Shown in pieces: positions 1-10,900 of a stretch of 64,000 bases of DNA (position 1 is the first letter of the stretch; every line of letters starts with the position of its first letter). The position numbers and the translations under genes are program-made. The DNA is taken from positions 620,001 to 684,000 of the forward strand of contig JAPDFW010000059.1 in assembly GCA_028826165.1 (NCBI GenBank), given 5' to 3'. Source of the stretch: Anaeramoeba ignava BMAN. Lineage: Eukaryota; Protista; Anaeramoebae. A model generated the notes under the pieces. The model worked only from the letters and a program-made list of their open reading frames with translations, was not told where the DNA came from and made no database searches.

Positions 1-1329
1 GTTTATGGAATTGGTTCAAATCAATATGGTCAACTTGGTTTTGATTCTGAAACACTTGAAGGAACAGAAAAACTAATTTTAATGATGAAAAATGTTTCTA
101 AAATATTTTCAGGAATTGATTCAGCTCATATTTTTCTTTTAAATTCAAATCAAGAATTATTTGGATGTGGTGATAATAGTTCTAGTCAAATTGGATTAGG
201 AAAATCAAGAAAAGAAGAAGAAAGTATCCAAAAATTAACCAAAATCCAAAATATTCCAAAAGGTAAAATAATTTATATTCAATGTGGAAGTATTCATTCA
301 ATAATGTTAATTGAAAATGAAGATGAAAATCAAAATCCAAAAAGAAAACTTTATTCATGTGGAGATTATCTATATAATGGACTTGGCGAAGATGAAAATG
401 CTTATGAATTTACTGAAATCAAATCATCTTTATTTGAAAATGATGATAATATTATTGATTTTTCTGTTGGATATACTCATACTTTGATTTTAACATCAAA
501 AGGGAAACTAATAGTATTTGGAGATAATTTTTATGGTCAATTAGGAACTGGAGATACAAAAAATCAATTAATTCCAATTCAAATTGAACTTCCTAAATTA
601 AGATTTAATGAAAATATTTCTAATTATTATCTTTCTTGTGGTTTTGATAATTCATTTATTTATTATTCTCTTCCTTCTTTTTCCAATCTTGAAGAAGATT
701 TGATAAAATTATTTGAAAGAAAAGAATTTTGTAATATTTCATTTAAAACCGAAAATGGAGAAATAATCAAAGCTCATAAATTAATATTGAAATATAGATT
801 AAATCAAAATCAAAATGAAATTGAAAAACTTCAAAAAATTATTTCAAATAAATCAATTAAAGAATCAAATCAAATATTTGAAATGATTTATTCAAACAAT
901 TCCAAAATAAATCCAAAATTATATTCAGAAATTAAAGAAATTATAAATTCCAATGAAAAAATAGAAGAAACAATGAAAAGAATTTATTTAAATGAAAATG
1001 AAAATGAAAAAGATTTTATTATTGAAAAAAAAGAAAAACAATATAAATTTCCTAAATTAATATTAATAATGAGAAGTGAATTATATCGAGGAATGTTTTT
1101 ATCTGTTACAGATGATACTTCTAATAAAGTTACAGATTATAGTGAATTAAGTAATAAATCATTTCAATTATTTGAATATTGGATTTATTCAAATCAAATT
1201 AAAGATGAAATTGAAATTACACAAGAAATAATTGAAGAATTAGAAATTGGAATTGATTATTTTCAATTAAATCAAACAAATCCAAATTTATTAGATTTAT
1301 TAATTAACAAATTTAATAATCAAAATTAA
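1..1329 (+). CDS. RCC1-repeat beta-propeller + tandem BTB/POZ protein, copy 1 (5' end outside window)
   Basis: Frame open from base 1 (VYGIGSNQYGQLGF...). RCC1 motifs GDNFYGQLGTG, VGYTHTLIL; BTB motifs FCNISF..IKAHKLILKYR and DFII..FPKLILIMRSELYRGMF; near-identical to the next three ORFs. Confidence 0.92.
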   Translation, partial: VYGIGSNQYGQLGFDSETLEGTEKLILMMKNVSKIFSGIDSAHIFLLNSNQELFGCGDNSSSQIGLGKSRKEEESIQKLTKIQNIPKGKIIYIQCGSIHSIMLIENEDENQNPKRKLYSCGDYLYNGLGEDENAYEFTEIKSSLFENDDNIIDFSVGYTHTLILTSKGKLIVFGDNFYGQLGTGDTKNQLIPIQIELPKLRFNENISNYYLSCGFDNSFIYYSLPSFSNLEEDLIKLFERKEFCNISFKTENGEIIKAHKLILKYRLNQNQNEIEKLQKIISNKSIKESNQIFEMIYSNNSKINPKLYSEIKEIINSNEKIEETMKRIYLNENENEKDFIIEKKEKQYKFPKLILIMRSELYRGMFLSVTDDTSNKVTDYSELSNKSFQLFEYWIYSNQIKDEIEITQEIIEELEIGIDYFQLNQTNPNLLDLLINKFNNQN

Positions 1330-1742
1330 AATTAAAATTAAAATTAAAATTAAAATCAAAATTAAAATTAAAATTAAAATCAAAATTAAAATTAAAATTA
1401 AAATTAAAATTAAAATTAAAATTAAAATTAAAATTAAAATTAAAATTAAAATTAAAATTAAAATTAAAATTAAAATTAAAATCAAAATTAAAATCAAAAT
1501 CAAAATCAAAAATTAAAAATTAAAATCAAAATAAAAATTTAAATTAAAATTAAAATTAAAATTAAAATTTAAATTCCAATTAAAATCAAAATTAAAATCA
1601 AAATTAAAATTTAAAATTAAAATCAAAATCAAAATTAAAATTAAAATCAAAATTTAAATTCAAATCAAAATTAAAATTAAAATTAAAATTAAAATTAAAA
1701 TTAAAATTAAAATTAAAATTAAAATTAAAATTAAAATTAAAA
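1322..1742 (+). repeat. (AAAATT/AAAATC)n hexamer microsatellite spacer
   Basis: Directly visible hexamer array starting in the stop codon of copy 1. Confidence 0.95.
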
Positions 1743-1780
1743 AATCATTTTTTCATTTTTTCATTTTTTTCTTTTCAAAA

Positions 1781-3571
1781 ATGAATGAAATTTTATTTTT
1801 TGGAAGAAATAAATATCCAAAACTTATCAAAAATAAACCAGAAGATATAACAAAACCAATTCAATTTAAATTTGAAAATGAAAATGAAAATGAAAATGAA
1901 AATGAAAAACAAATTAAACAAATTTCAACAGGAAATTATTCAACAATTTTCCTTTTTAAAAATGGAAAAGCAATAGAATATTTAAATAAAAATGATTCAA
2001 AACAAAATCCTTCAAAAATCCAAATTGAAAATATTCAAAAAGTAACTGTTGGTTCTGATAATGAAACTATTTTAACAATAGAAGGAAATGTATTTGCCAA
2101 AGGAAAAGATATTAATCCAAATAATTCAAAAGAATTTATCAATATTTCATCATTAATTGAAGATAAAAATGATAGAATAATTCAAGATATTGTTTCTGGA
2201 GATGGTTCAATTTACTTATTAACTTCAAATCAAAATGTTTATGGAATTGGTTTAAATCAATATGGTCAACTTGGTTTTGATTCTGAAACACTTCCAAAAA
2301 CAGAAAAACCAATTTTAATGATGAAAAATGTTTCTAAAATATTTTCAGGAATTGATTCAGCTCATATTTTTCTTTTGAATTCAAATCAAGAATTATTTGG
2401 ATGTGGTGATAATAGTTCTAATCAACTTGGATTAGGAAAATCAAGAAAAAAAGAAGCAAGTATTCATAAATTAACCAAAATACAAAATATTCCAAAAGGT
2501 AAAATAATTGATATTCAATGTGGAAGTATTCATTCAATAATGTTAATTGAAAATGAAGATGAAAATCAAAATCCAAAAAGAAAACTTTATTCATGTGGAA
2601 ATTATCAATATAACGGACTTGGCAAAGAAGATGAAAATATTTATGAATTTACTGAAATCAAATCATCTTTATTTGAAAATGATGATGATAATATTCTTGA
2701 TTTTTCTGTTGGAAATTCTCATACTTTGATTTTAACTTCGAATTCAAAATTAATTGGATTTGGATACAATTATTATGGTCAATTAGGAACTGGAGATACA
2801 AAAAATCAATCAATTCTAATTCAAATTGAACTTCCTAAATTAAGATTTAATGAAAATATTTCTAATTATCATATTCTTTGTGGATTTAACAAATCATTTT
2901 TTTATTATTCTCTTCCTTCTTTTTCCAATCTTGAAGAAGATTTGATAAAATTATTTGAAAGAAAAGAATTTTGTGATATTTCATTTAAAACCGAAAATGG
3001 AGAAATAATTGAAACTCATAAATTAATATTGAAATATAGATTAAATCAAAATCAAAATGAAATTGAAAAACTTCAAGAAATTATTTCAAATAAATCAATT
3101 AAAGAATCAAATCAAATATTTGAAATGATTTATTCAAACAATTCCAAAATAAATCCAAAATTATATTCAGAAATTAAAGAAATTATAAATTCCAATGAAA
3201 AAATTGAAGAAACAATGAAAAGAATTTATTTAAATGAAAATGAAAATGAAAAAGATTTTATAATTGAAAGAAAAGAAAAACAATATAAATTTCCAAAATT
3301 AATATTAATAATGAGAAGTGAATTATATCGAGGAATGTTTTTATCTGTTACAGAAGATAAATCAAATAAAGTTACAGATTATAGTGAATTAAGTAATAAA
3401 TCATTTCAATTATTTGAATATTGGATTTATTCAAATCAAATTAAAGATGAAATTGAAATTACACAAGAAATAATTGAAGAATTAGAAAGAGGAATTGATT
3501 ATTTTCAATTAAATCAAACAAATCCAAATTTATTTGATTTATTAATTAACAAATTTAATAATCAAAATTAA
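1781..3571 (+). CDS. RCC1-repeat + BTB-BTB protein, copy 2 (596 aa, intronless)
   Basis: Complete ORF with repeated GxNxxGQLG and (S/C/V)GxxH RCC1 motifs followed by two BTB-like domains. Confidence 0.93.
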   Translation: MNEILFFGRNKYPKLIKNKPEDITKPIQFKFENENENENENEKQIKQISTGNYSTIFLFKNGKAIEYLNKNDSKQNPSKIQIENIQKVTVGSDNETILTIEGNVFAKGKDINPNNSKEFINISSLIEDKNDRIIQDIVSGDGSIYLLTSNQNVYGIGLNQYGQLGFDSETLPKTEKPILMMKNVSKIFSGIDSAHIFLLNSNQELFGCGDNSSNQLGLGKSRKKEASIHKLTKIQNIPKGKIIDIQCGSIHSIMLIENEDENQNPKRKLYSCGNYQYNGLGKEDENIYEFTEIKSSLFENDDDNILDFSVGNSHTLILTSNSKLIGFGYNYYGQLGTGDTKNQSILIQIELPKLRFNENISNYHILCGFNKSFFYYSLPSFSNLEEDLIKLFERKEFCDISFKTENGEIIETHKLILKYRLNQNQNEIEKLQEIISNKSIKESNQIFEMIYSNNSKINPKLYSEIKEIINSNEKIEETMKRIYLNENENEKDFIIERKEKQYKFPKLILIMRSELYRGMFLSVTEDKSNKVTDYSELSNKSFQLFEYWIYSNQIKDEIEITQEIIEELERGIDYFQLNQTNPNLFDLLINKFNNQN

Positions 3572-3862
3572 AAATAAAATTAAAATTAAAATCAAAATTA
3601 AAATTAAAATTAAAATTAAAAATTAAAATTAAAATTAAAATTAAAATTAAAATTAAAATCAAAATTAAAATTAAAATTAAAATTAAAATTAAAATCAAAA
3701 AAATTTCAAAATCAAAATTAAAATTAAAATTAAAATCAAAAATCAAAATTAAAATTAAAATTAAAATTAAAATTAAAATTAAAATCAAAATTAAAATTAA
3801 AATTTAAATTAAAATTAAAATTCAAAATCAAAATTAAAATCAAAATCAAAATTAAAAATTAA
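3564..3862 (+). repeat. (AAAATT)n hexamer spacer
   Basis: Visible array between copies 2 and 3. Confidence 0.95.
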
Positions 3863-3903
3863 AAAATCATTTTTCATTTTTTTCATTTTTTTTCTTTTCA
3901 AAA

Positions 3904-5673
3904 ATGAATGATTGTTTATTTTTTGGAAGAAATGAATTCCCAAAACTTATCAAAAATGAACCAGAAGATATAATAAAACCAATTCAATTTAAATTTGAAA
4001 ATGAAAAAGAAAAACAAATTAAACAAATTTCTTCATCAGGTTATTCAACAATTTTCCTTTTTAAAAATGGAAAAGCAATAGAATATTTAAATGAAAATGA
4101 TTCAAAACAAAATCCTGAAAAAATCCAAATTGAAGAAAATATTCAAAAAGTAACTGTTGGTTCTGATAATGAAGCTATTTTAACAAAAGAAGGAAATGTA
4201 TTTGCCAAAGGAAACAATATTAATCCAAAAAATACAAAAGAATTTATCAATATTTCATCATTAATTGAAGATAAAAATGATAGAATAATTCAAGACATTG
4301 TTACTGGAGATGGTTCAATTTACTTATTAACTTCAAATGAAAATGTTTATGGAATTGGTTTAAATCAATTTGGTCAAATTGGTTTTGATTCTAAAACACT
4401 TCCAAAAACAGAAAAACCAATTTTAATGATGAAAAATGTTTCTAAAATATTTTCAGGAATTGATTCAGCTCATATTTTTCTTTTAAATTCAAATCAAGAA
4501 TTATTTGGATGTGGTGATAATAGTTCTAGTCAAATTGGATTAGGAAAATCAAGAAAAAAAGAAAAAAAAATCAAGAAATTAACCAAAATACAAAATATTC
4601 CAAAAGGTAAAATAATTTATATTCAATGTGGAAGTATTCATTCAATAATGTTGATTGAAAATGAAAATCAAAATCAAAATCCAAAAAGAAAACTTTATTC
4701 ATGTGGAAATTATCAATATAACGGACTTGGCAAAGATGAAAATGCTTATGAATTTACTGAAATCAAATCATCTTTATTTGAAAATGATGATGATGATATT
4801 CTTGATTTTTCTGTTGGATATACTCATACTTTGATTTTAACATCCAAACCAAAACTAATAGTATTTGGAGATAATTTTTATGGTCAATTAGGAACTGGAG
4901 ATACAAAAAATCAATTAATTCCAATTCAAATTGAACTTCCTAAATTAAGATTTAATGAAAATATTTCTAATTATTATCTTTCTTGTGGTTTTGATAATTC
5001 ATTTATTTATTATTCTCTTCCTTCTTTTTCCAATCTTGAAGAAGATTTGATAAAATTATTTGAAAGAAAAGAATTTTGTAATATTTCATTTAAAACCGAA
5101 AATGGAGAAATAATCAAAGCTCATAAATTAATATTGAAATATAGATTAAATCAAAATCAAAATGAAATTGAAAAACTTCAAAAAATTATTTCAAATAAAT
5201 CAATTAAAGAATCAAATCAAATATTTGAAATGATTTATTCAAACAGAATAATAAATCCAAAATTATATTCAGAAATTAAAGAAATTATAAATTCCAATGA
5301 AAAAATAGAAGAAACAATGAAAAGAATTTATTTAAATGAAAATGAAAATGAAAAAGATTTTATTATTGAAAAAAAAGAAAAACAATATAAATTTCCTAAA
5401 TTAATATTAATAATGAGAAGTGAATTATATCGAGGAATGTTTTTATCTGTAACAGAAGATAAATCAAATAAAGTTACAGATTATAGTGAATTAAGTAATA
5501 AATCATTTCAAATATTTGAATATTGGATTTATTCAAATCAAATTAAAGATGGAATTCAAATTACACAAGAAATTATTGAAGAATTAGAAACAGGAATTGA
5601 TTATTTTCAATTAAATCAAACAAATCCAAATTTATTTGATTTATTAATTAACAAATTTAATAATCAAAATTAA
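3904..5673 (+). CDS. RCC1-repeat + BTB-BTB protein, copy 3 (589 aa, intronless)
   Basis: Complete ORF, paralogue of copy 2. Confidence 0.93.
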   Translation: MNDCLFFGRNEFPKLIKNEPEDIIKPIQFKFENEKEKQIKQISSSGYSTIFLFKNGKAIEYLNENDSKQNPEKIQIEENIQKVTVGSDNEAILTKEGNVFAKGNNINPKNTKEFINISSLIEDKNDRIIQDIVTGDGSIYLLTSNENVYGIGLNQFGQIGFDSKTLPKTEKPILMMKNVSKIFSGIDSAHIFLLNSNQELFGCGDNSSSQIGLGKSRKKEKKIKKLTKIQNIPKGKIIYIQCGSIHSIMLIENENQNQNPKRKLYSCGNYQYNGLGKDENAYEFTEIKSSLFENDDDDILDFSVGYTHTLILTSKPKLIVFGDNFYGQLGTGDTKNQLIPIQIELPKLRFNENISNYYLSCGFDNSFIYYSLPSFSNLEEDLIKLFERKEFCNISFKTENGEIIKAHKLILKYRLNQNQNEIEKLQKIISNKSIKESNQIFEMIYSNRIINPKLYSEIKEIINSNEKIEETMKRIYLNENENEKDFIIEKKEKQYKFPKLILIMRSELYRGMFLSVTEDKSNKVTDYSELSNKSFQIFEYWIYSNQIKDGIQITQEIIEELETGIDYFQLNQTNPNLFDLLINKFNNQN

Positions 5674-5860
5674 AATTAAAATTAAAATTAAAATTAAAAT
5701 TAAAATTAAAATTAAAATTAAAATTAAAATTAAAATTAAAATTAAAATTAAAATCAAAATTAAAATTAAAATTAAAATCAAAATTAAAATTAAAATTAAA
5801 ATTTAAAATCAAAATCAAAATCAAAATTAAAATTAAAATCAAAATTAAAATTTAAAAAAT
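5666..5860 (+). repeat. (AAAATT)n hexamer spacer
   Basis: Visible array between copies 3 and 4. Confidence 0.95.
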
Positions 5861-5895
5861 CAAAATTCATTTTTCATTTTTTTTCTTTTTCAAAA

Positions 5896-7674
5896 ATGAA
5901 TGAAATTATATTTTTTGGAAGAAATGAATCTCCAAAACTTATCAAAAATGAACCAGAAGATATAATAAAACCAATTCAATTTAAATTTGAAAATGAAAAT
6001 GAAAATGAAAAAGAAAAACAAATTAAACAAATTTCTTCATCAGGTTATTCAACAATTTTCCTTTTTAAAAATGGAAAAGCAATAGAATATTTAAGTGAAA
6101 ATGATTCAAAACAAAATCCTTCAAAAATCCAAATTGAAAATATTCAAAAACTAACTGTTGGTTATGATAATGAAGCTATTTTAACAAAAGAAGGAAATGT
6201 ATTTGCCAAAGGAAACAATATTAATCCAAAAAATACAAAAGAATTTATCAATATTTCATCATTAATTGAAGATAAAAATGATAGAATAATTCAAGACATT
6301 GTTACTGGAGATGGTTCAATTTATTTATTAACTTCAAATGAAAATGTTTATGGAATTGGTTTAAATCAATTTGGTCAAATTGGTTTTGATTCTAAAACAC
6401 TTCCAAAAACAGAAAAACCAATTTTAATAATGAAAAATGTTTCTAAAATATTTTCAGGAATTGATTCAGCTCATATTTTTCTTTTAAATTCAAATCAAGA
6501 ATTATTTGGATGTGGTGATAATAGTTCTAGTCAACTTGGATTAGGAAAATCAAGAAAAAAAGAAAAAAAAATCAAGAAATTAACCAAAATACAAAATATT
6601 CCAAAAGGTAAAATAATTTATATTCAATGTGGAAGTATTCATTCAATAATGTTGATTGAAAATGAAAATCAAAATCAAAATCCAAAAAGAAAACTTTATT
6701 CATGTGGAAATTATCAATATAACGGACTTGGCAAAGATGAAAATGCTTATGAATTTTCTGAAATCAAATCATCTTTATTTGAAAATGATGATGATGATAT
6801 TCTTGATTTTTCTGTTGGATATACTCATACTTTGATTTTAACATCCAAACCAAAACTAATAGTATTTGGAGATAATTTTTATGGTCAATTAGGAACTGGA
6901 GATACAAAAAATCAATTAATTCCAATTCAAATTGAACTTCCTAAATTAAGATTTAATGAAAATATTTCTAATTATTATCTTTCTTGTGGTTTTGATAATT
7001 CATTTATTTATTATTCTCTTCCTTCTTTTTCCAATCTTGAAGAAGATTTGATAAAATTATTTGAAAGAAAAGAATTTTGTAATATTTCATTTAAAACCGA
7101 AAATGGAGAAATAATCAAAGCTCATAAATTAATATTGAAATATAGATTAAATCAAAATCAAAATGAAATTGAAAAACTTCAAAAAATTATTTCAAATAAA
7201 TCAATTAAAGAATCAAATCAAATATTTGAAATGATTTATTCAAATAGAATAATAAATCCAAAATTATATTCTGAAATTAAAGAAATTATAAATTCCAATG
7301 AAAAAATAGAAGAAACAATGAAAAGAATTTATTTAAATGAAAATGAAAATGAAAAAGATTTTATTATTGAAAGAAAAGAAAAACAATATAAATTTCCTAA
7401 ATTAATATTAATAATGAGAAGTGAATTATATCGAGGAATGTTTTTATCTGTTACAAATGATAAATCAAATAAAGTTACAGATTATAGTGAATTAAGTAAT
7501 AAATCATTTCAAATATTTGAATATTGGATTTATTCAAATCAAATTAAAGATGAAATTCAAATTACACAAGAAATAATTGAAGAATTAGAAATTGGAATTG
7601 ATTATTTTCAATTAAATCAAACAAATCCAAATTTATTTGATTTATTAATTAACAAATTTAATAATCAAAATTAA
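5896..7674 (+). CDS. RCC1-repeat + BTB-BTB protein, copy 4 (592 aa, intronless)
   Basis: Complete ORF, closest to copy 3. Confidence 0.93.
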   Translation: MNEIIFFGRNESPKLIKNEPEDIIKPIQFKFENENENEKEKQIKQISSSGYSTIFLFKNGKAIEYLSENDSKQNPSKIQIENIQKLTVGYDNEAILTKEGNVFAKGNNINPKNTKEFINISSLIEDKNDRIIQDIVTGDGSIYLLTSNENVYGIGLNQFGQIGFDSKTLPKTEKPILIMKNVSKIFSGIDSAHIFLLNSNQELFGCGDNSSSQLGLGKSRKKEKKIKKLTKIQNIPKGKIIYIQCGSIHSIMLIENENQNQNPKRKLYSCGNYQYNGLGKDENAYEFSEIKSSLFENDDDDILDFSVGYTHTLILTSKPKLIVFGDNFYGQLGTGDTKNQLIPIQIELPKLRFNENISNYYLSCGFDNSFIYYSLPSFSNLEEDLIKLFERKEFCNISFKTENGEIIKAHKLILKYRLNQNQNEIEKLQKIISNKSIKESNQIFEMIYSNRIINPKLYSEIKEIINSNEKIEETMKRIYLNENENEKDFIIERKEKQYKFPKLILIMRSELYRGMFLSVTNDKSNKVTDYSELSNKSFQIFEYWIYSNQIKDEIQITQEIIEELEIGIDYFQLNQTNPNLFDLLINKFNNQN

Positions 7675-7863
7675 AATTTAAATTAAATTTCCTTTCCAAA
7701 AATTTTATTTCTTTTTAATTTACTTTTTAAATTTCTTTTTAATTTACTTTCCAAATTCTTTTTAAATTTACTTTCCAAAAATTTTATTTCTTTTACCGTT
7801 CTTTTTTTAATTAAGAAAAAGAAAAAATTTTTCTTTTTAATTTTAAATTTTTTTTAAATAAAA

Positions 7864-7894
<31 letters not shown>

Positions 7895-7988
7895 AAAAAA
7901 TTTTTTTTAAAAATAAAAATCATTTTTTTTGCACTTTTATTTATTTTAAAATTCTTATTTTGGTTTTTTCTTTTCTTTTTTAATTATT

Positions 7989-10900
7989 ATGACTGAAGAA
8001 CAAATTATTGAGAAAGGAAATTTTTTGGTTCAAAATCGTAAATTTCATACAGCAACAACAAAATCTTCTAATTGGAAAGAATATTTTATTGAACTTCACG
8101 CAAATTGTTTGAAATATTACTTAGTTTCTGATAAGGTTATTATTTATTTTTTTTTTCAAATTTTTAATTAAAAATCAACATCAACAACATTTTGTCAACA
8201 AAATATTCAATTAAAAATTAAAATCAAATTTAAAATATAAAACTAATATTAAAATTAAAATTAAAATTAAAATTAAAATTAAAATTAAAATTAAAATTAA
8301 AATTAAAAATTAAAATTAAAATTAAAAATTAAAATTAAAATTAAAATTAAAAATTAAAATTAAAATTTAATATTAAAATTAAAAATTAAAATTAAAATTA
8401 AAATTAAAATTAAAATTAAAAATATAAAAATAAATGAAAATTAAAATTTAAAATTAAAATTAAAATTAAAATATTAAAATTAAAATTAAAATTAAAATTA
8501 AAATTAAAATCAGAATTAAAATTAAAATTAAAATTAAAAATTTAAATTAAAATTAAAATTAAAATTAAAATTAAAATTAAAATTAAAATTAAAATTAAAA
8601 TTAAAATTAAAATTAAAATTAAAATTAAAATTAAAATTAAAATTAAAATTAAAACTAATATTAAAATTAAAATTAAAATTAAAATTAAAATTAAAATTTA
8701 ATATTAAAATTAAAATTAAAATCAGAATGAAAATTAAAATTCATTTATAATATTAAAATTTGAAAAAAAAAAAAAGACTCATAAATTAAAAGGAACATTC
8801 GAGCTTGAAGATTGCTTTGTTATTCTTCCACAAATACCTCAGAAATATATTCTTAAAATATCAAGAAAAAATGTCAAACCAATTTTTCTTCAATTTTCAA
8901 CAACAGAAGAAATGGAAAAATGGCAAAAATTAATTGAACAAACAATTGCAAAACTTGTGAATTTCATTTTTTAAAACAAAACCTAAAATAAAATCATTTC
9001 AAATAATAATAATAATATTTATTAAAAAAAAACAATTTGATTTTAGAAACAAGAAAAATATTTAAATAGTTTAGAAAATAAAAACAAGAAAAAACAAAGT
9101 TTAAGATCTGGATGGCTAAGAAAAAAAGGGAAGAAAACTTTATTCAGACAAAAATGGCGACAAAGATTTTTTGATTTATCTCCTGATCATTCAAAAGGAA
9201 CATATGCTTTAAAATATTACAAAGATGAAGAAATGGTTCGAATATTTAATTTATTTTTTTAATTAAATTTAATTTTAATTTTAATTTTAATTTTAATTTA
9301 TTTTTTTTTAGGAAGGACATCCGTTAGGAATAATTTATTTATCAAATATTTCAAGTATTAAAGAAACTAAATTTACTAATGAACCTTTTGGATTTCAAAT
9401 CAATATTGAAAAAAGAGAATATCAATTAGCTGCTGGAAGTAAAGAAGAATTAACAAAATGGATTACTATTATTAATGAGAATCTTAATAAAAAAGTTGAA
9501 ATGAAAGAAGAACCTAAAAAGGATGTTCCTAAAAGCAAACCAAAAGAAACGAAAGATATAAAAGATATAAAAGATAATGAAGATATAAAAGAAACAAAAG
9601 ATAATCAAGAAAATCAAGAAAATCAAGAAAATCAAGAAAATCAAGAAACAAAAGATCTAAAAGATAATCAAGAAACAAAAGAAAATCAAGAAACAAAAGA
9701 TCTAAAAGATAATCAAGAAACAAAAGAAAATCAAGAAAATCAAGAGCCAAAAGATATAAAAGATAACCAAGAAACAAAAGATAATCAAGAAAATCAAGAA
9801 AATCAAGAAACAAAAGATATAAAAGATAATCAAGAAAATCAAGAAAATCAAGAAAATCAAGAAAATCAAGAAAATCAAGAAAATCAAGAAAATCAAGAAA
9901 ATCAAGAAAATCAAGAGCCAAAAGATCTAAAAGAAAATCAAGAAACAAAAGAAAATCAAGAAAATCAAGAAACAAAAGATCTAAAAGAAAACAAAAGATA
10001 TAAAAAATATAAAAGATAATCAAGAAAATCAAGAAAATCAAGAAACAAAAGAAAATCAAGAAACAAAAGATAATCAAGAAAATCAAGAAAATCAAGAAAA
10101 TCAAGAAAATCAAGAAAATCAAGAAAATCAAGAAAATCAAGAAACAAAAGAAAATCAAGAACCAAAAGATATAAAAGATCTAAAAGATAATCAAGAAAAT
10201 CAAGAAAATCAAGAAACAGAAGATAATCAAGAAAATCAAGAAAATCAAGAAAATCAAGAAAATCAAGAAAATCAAGAAAATCAAGAAAATCAAGAAACAA
10301 AAGATCTAAAAGAAAATCAAGAAAATCAAGAAAATCAAGAAAATCAAGAGCCAAAAGATATAAAAGAAAATCAAGAAAATCAAGAAAATCAAGAAAATCA
10401 AGAAACAAAAGATAATCAAGAAAATCAAGAAAATCAAGAAAATCAAGAAACTGAAGATATAAAAGAAAATCAAGAAACTGAAGATATAAAAGAAAATCAA
10501 GAAACTGAAGATAATCAAGAAAATCAAGATAATGAAGAAACAAAAGATAATCAAGAAAATCAAGAAACAGAAGATATAAAAGAAAATCAAGATAATGAAG
10601 ATAATGAAGATAATCAAGAAAATCAAGAAAATCAAGAAAATCAAGATAATGAAGATAATCAAGAAAATCAAGAAACAGAAGATATAAAAGAAACAGAAAT
10701 AAAAGAAACAGAAATAAAAGAAAATGATGAAAATCAAGAAACAGAAGATATCCCCGAAACAGAAATAAAAGAAACAGAAATAAAAGAAACAGAAATAAAA
10801 GAAACAGAAATAAAAGAAACAGAAATAAAAGAAACAGAAATAAAAGAAAATGATGATAAAGAAACAGAAATAAAAGAAAATGAAAATGATAAAGAAAATG

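Noticed and set aside
1300-1509. ILILIL / FNFNF / KMKIK / FLDFLD type ORFs here and at 3555, 5657, 9529-11376, 16886-19129, 27916-30385, 57090, 63123
   Set aside because: Shadow frames of hexamer, nonamer and 12-mer repeats; the real coding frame is on the other strand or frame, or the region is non-coding.
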